64,000 nucleotides of DNA from Trichosphaerium sp. ATCC 40318 (lineage: Eukaryota; Protista; Tubulinea), in NCBI GenBank assembly GCA_038496445.1, contig JALMLS010000278.1, forward strand, positions 1-64,000. The letters are read 5' to 3'. This document shows, in pieces, positions 1 to 12,309 of the stretch. The notes below the pieces were generated by a model, which did no database searches, had not been told where the DNA came from, and saw nothing but the letters and a program-made list of their open reading frames with translations. The translations under genes were made by a program, and so were the position numbers. Positions within the stretch are counted from its first letter, which is position 1; every line of letters starts with the position of its first letter.

Positions 1-703
1 GTTTTAATAGCTTACTCTCGCTTTAGAAATAGAGCTGTGCATTTGGGAGCAACTGTTGTTGATGACAGAGGTGGCAGCCTCAACATAGATCAAATGTTGA
101 ATATGGGTAATGAGCGACTAATGGCTGACTGGCAACCTATGGATGTTGACGGAGCACAGCCGATTGTAAGTATCCCTTGATGGTTTTTTGCTTTTGTTTT
201 TGTTGTTGCATTATTAATCTTTCTAGGAATCTTTTGCAGCCAAGCAGGGCTACAGTGAAATGACAAAAGCCTTGGAGACTCAAGCGTCAACGGCATACCA
301 CCTTTCAGAGAGTGACGATGAAGATATGGACACTGAAGTAGGAACTTTTGAAAGGCAAAAGCCTGATGTGCCAATGGTTGGTTCCAGTAGACGAAAAGCA
401 CCAGCGTACATGGCAAACAACCCACAACACGGGCAACAAGGAAGGTACAATGCAAAAGAAGCAAGGAAACGTCAGCGACAAGCCCAAAACAGTGCAATGC
501 GTGACTTTACGGGTGGTGATGATGAAGAGTACAACTTTGGTGGAGATTTCTTTGGTGCTAATGTACACATCCTTTTCTTTTTGTTGTTGTAAAAGAAAAA
601 TTACTGATTGTACCTCGTAGCAACAACAAGTGGCGCCAATGCAACAAATACAACGGCAACAACAGGACAATACCACAGTTACAATGGATGACATTGCATT
701 TAG
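1..703 (+). CDS. 3' part of a nucleostemin/GNL3-like GTPase gene (acidic C-terminus), running into the duplicated block
   Basis: Spliced exons (~32-166, 227-561, 620-703) give ...DWQPMDVDG...SESDDEDMDTE...DFTGGDDEEYNFGGDFF...TMDDIAF. The DDEEYNF motif resembles the GNL3/Nug1 tail. The GNL3 N-terminal half lies at 3321-5195. Confidence 0.5.
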
Positions 704-1777
704 GATTAACGTTATTGTTAGATCACCCAATCCTGTAGTGGAACTCTCTGAGGTGGCAAAAGATCCCAATTGGCTCTGTTCTGGAAGAAAGCAGTGTTTG
801 GTAGAGATTTACGTGGTTGCATTTCACCAAAAGCACAGCCATATCAAGTGACTACAAACACTATGAACTTATAAACCCAGACGAGTCAAAAATAAATGTA
901 CTCTATACAGAGTTTGCTGCCTTCGTTAAATCTAATATGGGACTATCTAACAATGTAATCGATGACGATGGGAAAATAAACGTCACGTTTGTATCACGTG
1001 ACAAAGCAAAGCGAAGAAAGTTAGCAAACGAAAAGGAAATTATTGAATACCTACATCGAGAGAAGATGTTAGGGTACAGAGTATAGCACTTGAAGAGCAT
1101 AGCTTGAAGAACAAGTAAGCTGTAGGACAACATACTTGGTTTATTAAGTTACTTTAGATATCTATAATGCATAACACAAACGTATTGGTTGGAATGCATG
1201 GAGCTGGATTAGTTAATCTCATATTTATGAGCCGTGGTTCTGTTGTCATTGAAATGTTTCCATTCAACTTCAAACGCATTAGTTTCGAAACACTTGCAGC
1301 ATACACAGGTTACTTTCATGTTTAATTCAACCTGATACTGACTATACAATTCCAGGGATGCACTACATCTCGTGGGTGAACAAGGTAACGTTGTTGTGAT
1401 ATCACTACTGCTTAACAAACATAATAGTGTCCACTACACACAACGGTTAATACGAATACTGCCATGATCTCATTAAACAGCATATCGATCCTACAAAGGC
1501 AACTTGTTCATCTGATCGTTTTATTGAACGCATATACAATGTTCCTACAAATCAGACGTTTGTGCCTCAGCTCCACAACATCCTTCAGTTTTACTCACAA
1601 CAAAAGCTTGCTCGCAGACCCGTACCTGTTATGGCACGTGATAGACACTGTTTTAGGCAAGTTTCCTTCGTTGTTTTTCTTTTGCCTAATGGCAATCTCA
1701 GGGATCAAAATACAATCATAAGCTTGGATGAATTTAAACTGCTGTTTAACTTTGCTGTTGAATCTCATAACACATAA
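704..1777 (+). pseudogene. 5'-truncated, frameshifted copy of the GT61 glycosyltransferase
   Basis: Same exons as 7188-8266, but with single-base losses (gatcccaat vs gatcccaaat, cgtggttg vs cgtgggttg, ctacatcg vs ctacaatcg). Confidence 0.75.
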
Positions 1778-1974
1778 TAAATAATTGAGCTGCAACTCCT
1801 TTGATCCTTACAAGTGGAATACGCCTCTTTAAATATCTAGCCTAAAATGTAATACCTGGTATGGCACTACAGTTCGTGGAGCTGTATTAGCTCTTCCCAG
1901 AATCCTTGGCAAAGATTCAAGTGTTACGAAAATTAGTTTTTTTTTGTAAAATTGGTCTAGACTGTTAAAGTACA

Positions 1975-3323
1975 ATGAGCGCTACAGCAGCTGAGAAAGA
2001 ACTCGCAGTAAGCTTTGCCAAGGCCGTCACGCGCCTAACGGATGAAGTATGTTTTACAAACTCCCACTTGTGTTTATTAATAGTGGTGTGATGTTAACTG
2101 GTGCGAGCAGGCGTCAAAGGGTGTTGTTTGTGAAAGCCACGCGATTTTGCCAATTGATAAAGACTTGTACGTGTTTTAGCATCAAAATGCATTACGTGAC
2201 ATTGTTTAAGGGTTCATGGCGTATTTACAAAAAATGTACGTTATTCTCCATCCTACAACGAAACAATGCAAAGACAATATGTTAGTTTCAACCTGCCTTA
2301 TCACCAGTGGGTCAATTTTGGCGCGTAGTTAAAAAAGAGGTTTATTCAGACCCAAGCATCCACAAACACCGTTAACTGGGTGGCTACAAAGGTGTGTGGC
2401 GTTTGGATCGTATTGTACACCAACCTTTTCATCTAGGGCTGAGCGGCGTCCAATTTCGTGATTTGAAGGATGATGAAGGTATTTTTTCGAACATTTTACA
2501 TAAACAACCACTTTATTCACAACTTGTGGTAGAGGCTAAAGCGGTGAGAAATGAGTTGGCTGCGTTGGAAGAGCACGTGACCACGTCAGTGGATGCAATT
2601 ATCAAAGATTTACAAACCGCAGCAACCAAACTGGCTCATCAAATCGCCAATAGGAGGTGACTTGTAAAATGCTTTGGTATTTAATCTTTATAAATTTTCA
2701 GGATGCCAGTCGTGAAACGGAAAGCTGATGCGCTTGCTACAGAACAAGCTCTTGCTAATATGCTGAGAGATGACGAGCCACCAAAGAAAAAGCGCAAAAC
2801 GGCACGTGAATTGCAAATTTGCTTTATTCTTCACATTTTGGAAAAGGTATTTAATCTACTTCCTAAAGGGTACCGAGAAAGCAACACCGAAAAAAGCCGG
2901 GTACACTGTAGAGCAACTACAAACTTTACCAAAGCACAAACTCAAGGAACTATGTGAAAAAGAAAACGTGCCGAGAACAGGCAACAATTTCACCCTCATA
3001 AAACGGCTTCTCACTCCTGACGGTACTTTCAAGTAATGTGGTGTGAGCGTGACTTATTTTTCTTTTAGCGTATCGTAAAGGCCGCAAAAAGATAACATTA
3101 GCAACAATGCAAAAAAATTTAGTAAAATTAGGATTGACTGCACAAGAGGCCAAAGCTTCCAGTAGGTGCTGCATGGCTGCCATTTCTCGTGGTTTTATAC
3201 CATTACCAACATGTCTTGACGACGAGGTACCTGGCAGGTTTGGACGTGTGATGAGTGCCAAGAGTTGGTTACAACGACTTATCGTGACACTTAAACAGCT
3301 GATTATGCAAGTTGATTATGAAG
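1975..3323 (+). pseudogene. 3'-truncated copy of the SAP/Cys-rich gene
   Basis: Matches 8464-9821 and breaks inside the Cys-rich domain at the junction with GNL3. Confidence 0.75.
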
Positions 3324-5195
3324 TTGGCTACATCAAATATTTCTGCAATGTAATGATTTTTTACTTTCTTCAAAATTATCTCAATGGCACCAATTGGGTC
3401 ATCAATTTGTTCCACCATTACAGCACTAGTCGCTTCAATAAGACTACGAGAGTAGAAAACTTACAAAGGTAGTACCTTCTCAATGCAGCTTCTGATTGGG
3501 TGGTGTTTGTAGAGAAGATAATACCAGGGCAATCCATCAGTTTGATATTACCTCCCAAATTAATTGTCTACATAGCACATTAGGAAATCGATACAGTTAA
3601 TTGTCCCACATACTTGTGACAATTTGGTAAATCCTGGACGTGCACCAACGCCTACAGCTCTGCTACGCTTCAAACTATTTATGAGAGAGCTCTTTCCAAC
3701 ATTTGGATAACCGATAATGCCAACAATAACAGTCTTACGAATATCGTCTGCAATACAATTAACAATTTTACACTATTGATAAAAACGCACCAGTTGCGCC
3801 ATCTCTGGAGTAAAGATTAAGCCATTGAAGGAGGGTATCAGCACCCAAACACTCTGAAGACGCCATTGATGAGGTTTTGAAGTTCCTTGCGTTCATTCCA
3901 CCACGTCCCTACGCTCTGGTTAGGCGACTTGTCATTAACTCTTGAACAACGTACGTGTTTAGTACGAGATTGCTTAATTGTAGTACATTTGAAAGCAACA
4001 GTAGGACGTTCATTTCGAAGGTATTTAATCCAAGCATCGCAGTTACTTTTAGGTATGAGATCTTAAAACAATGTTAGCACACCACAAGTTATGCAGTGCA
4101 TTGTACCGATTTTGTTGAGTACTAGAACAATTTTCTTATTTGGGTCTTGCTGCAAAATTTGACGTTCAATGTGACGACAACGAGTACCAATTGGATCCCT
4201 TGCATCGAGTACCTATACATTTAGCATTAATGACAAAGTGATAAAAGAGAGAAGAAATTCAAAAATGGAATGGAAACAAATTTTTGGTAAGTGACACATT
4301 GCGTTTGTTTGTTTTTTTTTCCAAGTACACTCCACTACGTGTTGCAAAGCTTTTTGATTTTAGAGAAGCTATTTGACGCACCTCCAATATTACGTCAGCA
4401 GCTTTGACAACTTTTTTGAACTCTTTGAAGAAGTGTCTACGCGAAGGATCTACAATTTTCTTTTATTATTATTTTTTATTATTGCTACAATTCACAGCGC
4501 TAAAAAAAAAAACCACGCGTGCTTCAGTTCCCCTTACCCTGGTACATATCTGCATTATCTCTATCAGCCATTTCTTGTTTTGTTTGCTTGTATTTTGCTC
4601 GGTCAGTCATGACTTGTTGTCTTAATTGTTCCATTTCGGCTTGAGCTGATAATTGTTCTTCCTACGTAAAAAAAAAGCGTTAACTGAGAAATTGAAACGA
4701 CAATTCCTTCAGAAAAAATCTGGGCTGGGAAAACACCGCGATTACAACAGTTGATCCATTGTAATAATCGAGCAGTATTTTCAGCGCAGTGGATGTTTTT
4801 TTTTCTTTTTTTCTAACCTTTTTCGCTTCTCTTCTTCCCAAGCGTTCTTGACGTTTGGCTTCCTCTTCCTCTTCTTTTTCTTTTTGTAATTTCTTTAGAA
4901 GGTCCAATTTGTACGGAGCAAGGTTTGGAATGCCAGGATCTCTGTTTAGCCCTGTTTTTTGTTGTCAATAGCTATAATTACGCGCTATAGCGTACTTTTA
5001 CGCAAGTTAGGGTTCTTTTTCGACATTTTCTTCATTTTGGTTCTGTACTGCTTTACCCTCTTGGCCATAGCTCTGCGCGCTTTTGGTCCAGAGCGAACTG
5101 CATGCTTATTTTGCTTTCCTGTGGAATTGTAAATACAAATACATACGTTGTAGGGCGAGTATAACAAACGTACGGCCTTTGGTAAGAGTGGGCAT
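3321..5195 (-). CDS. GNL3: Nucleostemin/GNL3 (Nug1) circularly permuted GTPase, N-terminal two-thirds; truncated at ~3321
   Basis: [30 protein letters not shown] (Grn1 domain), DVILEVLDARDP, VLNKIDL (G4), [12 protein letters not shown] (G1), DCPG (G3). Confidence 0.9.
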
Positions 5196-5305
5196 TGTAA
5201 ACAATACAACAGAACTGAATAAAAAAAGGAACAAGTGAGACCAGAATTTTTTCATTTTGTACTTTTTTTGTTTGACTCGCACTACCGTGAGAACAGCCTA
5301 CTAAG

Positions 5306-6446
5306 ATGCAAAGAACAAGGTGGCTGTTTGATTGTAACGTGTGGCAACCGACTGAACAAGAATGGGCTTCGTTGTTGCAATCAATACAACCCGAGGAGCA
5401 AGCACGCATAAACAGGTCATTCAAAGAGGGTTTCTCAGTTGTAAATTGTTTAGTAGGTTCAAACGCCCTCAGAAGGGCGGTTATTTAGTGGGTAGGCATA
5501 ACAGGGACGCGAAATGCTCTCTAGGTAATAACAATGCGCACGTTTTATCATCACATCTGTTCTGTTAATTGCCTACAGTTGGGCGTCTAATGCTGCGGAA
5601 AATTGTTCAACAGCAGTTGGGCGTGGCGTGGGCGGATGTCACTATCAACCGCACTAAAGAAAAAAAACCCTATGTTGTACGCTAGTTTTTTCGACAACCA
5701 ATCGACGCAAACAAAGTTTGAACAACGAATAGGTTAACACTGTGGGAAATTCAAACTTTAATTTAAACTTGTCTCATGCAGATGGGCTAGTGATAGCCGC
5801 TTGCGAACCTACGTATTTGCTTGGTGTTGATGTAATGGCTACAAATTACTTAGAGGTCAGTGTTTTATTCAATTCCTCACGTGCAAGTTAAAAGAAAAGA
5901 TAGAACCGCAAAGAGACTGTTGCTCAGTTTTTTTCTACAATGAAATCAAGCTTCACCACCAACGAGTGGAAAACAATAAACAGCGGTGCAAGTGACAATG
6001 ATAAAATGAGATTGTTCTTTATCTACTGGACGCTAAAAGAGAGTTACATTAAAGCGCTTGGGTATACTATTCTTTGTAGAGTCACCAAATACTAAATGCT
6101 ACTAGGATTGGCCTGGGGTTCGAACTACATAGAGCAGCATTTGTTCTCAAGCCACTGGACAACACAGCTACTTTGTATGTAGATGGTGAGTTGCAAGGTC
6201 AGTGGAAGTTTCAGTACTTTGATGTGGCGCCAATATACGTAATCAGTGTTGCGCTTGGACCTCATAGTGAAGCTACCGATAGCTGGAAGGTGCGACAAAT
6301 ATCGTTTGCAAATAACAAAAGAAATACCATCTAAAAAATATTAGGCACTCACTAAGATTGTGAGCGGAAATCCTGAAGGAGACCTGAAGATGAATAAACC
6401 ATTTGTACAAGTATCAATCGAAGCGCTGAAACCTGGAGAAACGTAG
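5306..6446 (+). CDS. AASDHPPT: Sfp-type 4'-phosphopantetheinyl transferase (AASDHPPT/Lys5-like)
   Basis: Spliced: WQPTEQEW..PEEQARI..GRLML..FNLNLSH..LGVDVM..FFIYWTLKESYIKALGIGL. Head-to-head with GNL3, ~110 bp apart. Confidence 0.92.
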
Positions 6447-6571
6447 TAGTCGATGGCATAATTACTTAACGTTGTAACGACCACAAAATATCTAATATGC
6501 GCGAAAACCTTCAACTTACGGTGCACGTGCTATTAACTGGCACGTCTAAGTAAAAAAAAAGGTAAATTGAC

Positions 6572-8266
6572 TTGATGTTAGTTACTTTAATGTTAGTGGC
6601 TGCACCACGCCGTCTGTCAGCTCTACCATCCAATACCGTGCGAGTAACGCCTGTAAATAAATTATTAAAAGCGAGTTGTAAACTTTGCCTTGTAGAGAAC
6701 GTGCACTTCTTCCACAACCTCTACTTTTTGCGCAAAGACGGCTACAAGAAATATTCGCCTGATGCAGACGAAGATACACATGTGGAAAAAGTTCTGAGAA
6801 TAGCTCCTAAACGCGAAGGAGTACGTGCGGAGCTGGCAGAATTGAATGGTACGCTACACACTTGGAACACTGCTCCTTCTTATAGTTGATGTCACGTAGT
6901 GTTAGATACAAAGTACGCTGTGCAAACTGGTGTTGCTGTTTGTTTCCAACGGTCTCCTTTTTATGGCAATATATTTCACCATTTCGTTGACGATATGGTT
7001 ATTCTGTATTCTATTTTAAAGAGAGGTGCTCAACTTACGTTTAGTATTGTACTAAACCAGCACAGTTGGTGGATTGCAACAGAATCATATTTATTTTTTG
7101 GACAAGGTTTCTGGCAAGAAAGTAGAAGCATACCGACCAATGCTTGAATCTTATAAGTTGCTGTACATTAACTGTCATTGCATTTAGGATTAACGTTATT
7201 GTTAGATCACCCAATCCTGTAGTGGAACTCTCTGAGGTGGCAAAAGATCCCAAATTGGCTCTGTTCTGGAAGAAAGCAGTGTTTGGTAGAGATTTACGTG
7301 GGTTGCATTTCACCAAAAGCACAGCCATATCAAGTGACTACAAACACTATGAACTTATAAACCCAGACGAGTCAAAAATAAATGTACTCTATACAGAGTT
7401 TGCTGCCTTCGTTAAATCTAATATGGGACTATCTAACAATGTAATCGATGACGATGGGAAAATAAACGTCACGTTTGTATCACGTGCCAAAGCAAAGCGA
7501 AGAAAGTTAGCAAACGAAAAGGAAATTATTGAATACCTACAATCGAGAGAAGATGTTAGGGTACAGAGTATAGCACTTGAAGAGCATAGCTTGGAAGAAC
7601 AAGTAAGCTGTAGGACAACATACTTGGTTTATTAAGTTACTTTAGATATCTATAATGCATAACACAAACGTATTGGTTGGAATGCATGGAGCTGGATTAG
7701 TTAATCTCATATTTATGAGCCGTGGTTCTGTTGTCATTGAAATGTTTCCATTCAACTTCAAACGCATTAGTTTCGAAACACTTGCAGCATACACAGGTTA
7801 CTTTCATGTTTAATTCAAGCTGATACTGACTTTTCAATTCCAGGGATGCACTACATCTCGTGGGTGAACAAGGTAACATTGTTGTGATATCACTACTGCT
7901 TAACAAACATAATAGTGTCCACTACACACAACGGTTAATACGAAATACTGCCATGATCTCATAAAACAGCATATCGATCCTACAAAGGCAACTTGTTCAT
8001 CTGATCGTTTTATTGAACGCATATACAATGTTCCTACAAATCAGACGTTTGTGCCTCAGCTCCACAACATCCTCCAGTTTTACTCACAACAAAAGCTTGC
8101 TCGCAGACCCGTACCTGTTATGGCACGTGATAGACACTGTTTTAGGCAAGTTTCCTTCGTTGTTTTTCTTTTGCCTAATGGCAATCTCAGGGATCAAAAT
8201 ACAATCATAAGCTTGGATGAATTTAAACTGCTGTTTAACTTTGCTGTTGAATCTCATAACACATAA
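6572..8266 (+). CDS. Glycosyltransferase family 61 (EOGT/DUF563-like); start uncertain
   Basis: NIFHHFVDD, VTFVSR..RRKLANE.EII, SLEEQISIMHNTNVLVGMHGAGLVNLIFM..SVVIEMFP. Confidence 0.85.
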
Positions 8267-9821
8267 TAAATAATTGAGCTGCAACTCCTTTGATCCTTAC
8301 AAGTGGAATACGCCTCTTTAAATATCTAGCCTAAAATGTAATACCTGGTATGGCACTACAGTTCGTGGAGCTGTATTAGCTCTTCCCAGAATCCTTGGCA
8401 AAGATTCAAGTGTTACGAAAATTAGTTTTTTTTTGTAAAATTGGTCTAGACTGTTAAAGTACAATGAGCGCTACAGCAGCTGAGAAAGAACTCGCAGTAA
8501 GCTTTGCCAAGGCCGTCACGCGCCTAACGGATGAAGTATGTTTTACAAACTCCCACTTGTGTTTATTAATAGTGGTGTGATGTTAACTGGTGCGAGCAGG
8601 CGTCAAAGGGTGTTGTTTGTGAAAGCCACGCGATTTTGCCAATTGATAAAGACTTGTACGTGTTTTAGCATCAAAATGCATTACGTGACATTGTTTAAGG
8701 GTTCATGGCGTATTTACAAAAAATGTACGTTATTCTCCATCCTACAACGAAACAATGCAAAGACCAATATGTTAGTTTCAACCTGCCTTATCACCAGTGG
8801 GTCAATTTTGGCGCGTAGTTAAAAAAGAGGTTTATTCAGACCCAAGCATCCACAAACACCGTAAAACAGGTGGCTACAAAGGTGTGTGGCGTTTGGATCG
8901 TATTGTACACCAACCTTTTCATCTAGGGCTGAGCGGCGTCCAATTTCGTGATTTGAAGGATGATGAAGGTATTTTTTCGAACATTTTACATAAACAAACC
9001 ACTTTATTCACAACTTGTGATAGAGGCTAAAGCGGTGAGAAATGAGTTGGCTGCGTTGGAAGAGCACGTGACCACGTCAGTGGATGCAATTATCAAAGAT
9101 TTACAAACCGCAGCAGCCAAACTGGCTCATCAAATCGCCAATAGGAGGTGACTTGTAAAATGATTTGGTATTTAATCTTTATAAATTTTCAGGATGCCAG
9201 TCGTGAAACGGAAAGCTGATGCGCTTGCTACAGAACAAGCTCTTGCTAATATGCTGAGAGATGACGAGCCACCAAAAAAAAAGCGCAAAACGGCACGTGA
9301 ATTGCAAATTTTGCTTTATTCTTCACATTTTGGAAAAGGTATTTAATCTACTTCCTAAAGGGTACCGAGAAAGCAACACCGAAAAAAGCCGGGTACACTG
9401 TAGAGCAACTACAAAACTTTACCAAAGCACAACTCAAGGAACTATGTGAAAAAGAAAACGTGCCGAGAACAGGCAACAATTTCACCCTCATAAAACGGCT
9501 TCTCACTCCTGACGGTACTTTCAAGTAATGTGGTGTGAGCGTGACTTATTTTTCTTTTAGCGTATCGTAAAGGCCGCAAAAAGATAACATTAGCAACAAT
9601 GCAAAAAAATTTAGTAAAATTAGGATTAACTGCACAAGAGGCCAAAGCTTCCAGTAGGTGCTGCATGGCTGCTATTTCTCGTGGTTTTATACCATTACCA
9701 ACATGTCTTGACGACGAGGTACCTGGCAAGGTTTGGACGTGTGATGAGTGCCAAGAGTTGGTTACAACGACTTATCGTGCCCTCTTGAAACAGCCTGATT
9801 ATGCAGGGTATGATTATGAAG
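7176..9821 (+). repeat. Direct duplication copy 2 (source copy in intact gene context)
   Basis: Matches 692-3323. Flanked by the rest of the GT61 gene and the rest of the SAP gene. Confidence 0.95.
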
Positions 9822-10099
9822 ATGGTTCATCAAAGGGAGCCTTGGCCTGCGAAAATTGTGAATGGCGCAATTACGTTGCTGGTATGTGTCAAAATAACTT
9901 CAACCAAGATTCTGGCAAGTTTCACAACCACTGCAGAAAGTGCAAGGTAATTGTTTTCTTTTTATGAAGCAGTATCTAAGTATAATTTTAGGGTTATGGT
10001 CAATGTATAGGAGACTACAGAGAAGTTCATTGCGATTCGTGCGGTCGACACGGTTATGGTGGTTGTGATTACTGCGACGGAGGAGGCAGCTTTTGGTGA
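8464..10099 (+). CDS. SAP-domain protein with NLS and C-terminal Cys/His-rich domain
   Basis: PPKKKRK NLS; LQTLPKHKLKELCEKENVPRTGNNFTLIKRL (SAP; frame is cleaner in copy 1); C-terminus QPDYAGYDYEDG..CENC..GMC..DSGKFHNHCRKCKGYGQCIGDYREVHCDSCGRH..CDYC. Confidence 0.75.
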
Positions 10100-10220
10100 T
10101 TCAAGAGAGGTGGTGGGGTAAGCTTAGTGTAACTTCTTTTTTTTGGGTTAGAAACATTTTGTATATTTTCAGGGTCTGTCTTAATAAAAGTATAAGTTTA
10201 TTTGGACAAGTTTTTTTTGA

Positions 10221-12062
10221 TTAGCGTCTTCCGCCCATAAGTCTTAAAATCATGAGAAACAAGTTGATGATATCTAAGTATAGATTGACGGCAGCCTAAA
10301 GTAATATTTCATAAGCAAAAGTTGTCGAAATATTTTTTTTGTTTTTTTGACTTACCAGAATGTATTCATCTTCTTCGTAAATGGTCATTAAAGCACTAGT
10401 ATCATAGAGTATGAATAAAGTGAATAGAATAACACCAAAGGCAGAGTACAGTGCGCTCATGAGAGGGCTTGGAAAGAAGACGAACTAAAAAAGAAATGAG
10501 TAAATAACATCTGATAAAACGACAATTCTCATTTTTGCCATTTCTTTAAACTCTTTCAAACGTACGAAGAATAGTCCAACCCAAAGTAAGGCCCACAAGC
10601 TCAAGATCAAACCAGCACCAAGAAAGTTGAAGTTGATCTTTGTTTGAAGTGTGAACGCTGTAAGAGACAAGAATATAATCATGGTAATTGCAGCAGCTGA
10701 TAGTACTGAAGAAACAGAGTATATTGTGCAGATAGAACCAACTGAGAAACCCAAGCAGACGCTCTAAAGTAAAGAAATTTAAAAAAGGAGACATGTTAAA
10801 AGTGGTGGTTTCACGTACGAATAAGGACAATACTACGAGGTTCCAAATACGGATTTTATGGACAAAGAATAGTGTAATAAGGAAAGCCAAGGTTAATCCA
10901 AAGTTAAGCCAGTAGAACCACCTACAGATTAATAAGTTGTTTTATCGACAAATAATACAAAAAATCACGTGACGTACACATTTGTGAGGTAGAAATACGC
11001 CAGTTTAGTGTACATCATATTAAAAAATATGAGAGCAACGGTAATGAGTAATTGACATGTTAAAATACCATAGATCTTGAGGAGGAAACCTTGAAGAGAG
11101 TTAACAAAAAAGTGTACAGCAGATTGTAACAAAAAATAGCTTACGTGTGCGTCTTGGCCCATCCATATGTGCCGCCTTGGAACTTGTACCAAATTCGTCG
11201 TCTGGGATAGATTGATACATAAAAGGTGTACCACCAGCAGCAGCTTCGTTCATTTCGTAGTAGGTTGTGTATTCTTTCTAAAAGAAAAAACCCCAAAATC
11301 AGATATTGTACAACATGTTAACAATTTCAAAATTTGGCGTACACGTGTGCCTCTAGCTACCCAAACAATTGTTGTGATTCCTGCGATGACTATTGGGCGG
11401 GATTAGAGTTGGGAACAACGACAGTCCATTTGTACATACCCAAGATTGCGCCAATTATAGGTAAGACGTATGCCCACACTGTAGCGTATGTTGAAAGGCT
11501 AGGGCTTTCCCATATGATATCGTGCAGGTCATTTTTATTGTACCAACACTGCTTGTTGCGGTCTACGCCAATGGTCTTCAAAAAAAGTTAGTTTATGGCG
11601 TTTTCGAGTGGAAAAATAGAGCGAACGCACGGTATAGCGAGGTAGTGCGATGTGCTCAACGTATAAGCGTGTTGAATCAGATACAGCAACTGAGGTTCCA
11701 TTTATGGTTTCGTTAACAAGCTAGGCACCATTAAGAACGTAGAACATCTTTTTTACGCGGTATAGGCGTACTGTGTACGTGTAATCCACATTTAGTTTAC
11801 ACATTATATCAAACTTCCCAGCGCAAGATATTACAGGATTGGAAACCTTGCAGTTCCATTTTACGTATGATGGAGCCTTTGTGACCTTCATCAGAGATGT
11901 AGATCCTATACCAAGGCAAATACAGGCGCCAATCTATTACATAATAAGGGGGCTTCCGTTTCCGTCCATTATTGGTAACCGTACCAAAATAAAAAACCCA
12001 ATGCCAATAGATTTTACAGTAGATAGCTTAAAAAGCATACCACAGCATATTGTTTTGCCCAT
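10221..12062 (-). CDS. Bax inhibitor-1/TMBIM (Lifeguard-like) protein with an N-terminal 2-TM ectodomain extension
   Basis: DDEFG..RFLLKIYGILTCQLLIT..LTAFTLQTKINF..ILYDT..EDEYILAAVNLYLDIINLFL. Upstream exons from ATG 12062 splice in frame. Confidence 0.85.
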
Positions 12063-12309
12063 GACGTGTTAACTTAGTTTATTGTTTGAGATTATGTTAG
12101 CTGTGACTTAATTTTCATTTCGTAAATTTTCAAGCTTTCAGAATACAAAGTACTTTCTGTGAAGGACCCACTTGAACTTTCGTAAAAATACATCAAATGT
12201 GAGAAACAACTACTGCAATGTGGGACCATTATTTATTTTTATACAAGCGTCACCATACACGTCTATTTTTTGCCTCACGTGCTTTTTTAATTATTTGTAC
12301 ATCAAGTCA

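Larger units (their letters stand above)
692..3323 (+). repeat. Direct duplication copy 1 (~2.6 kb) of 7176-9821
   Basis: Near-identical from cattgcatttaggattaacg to gattatgaag. Differences are mostly 1-nt indels in homopolymer runs. Confidence 0.95.
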
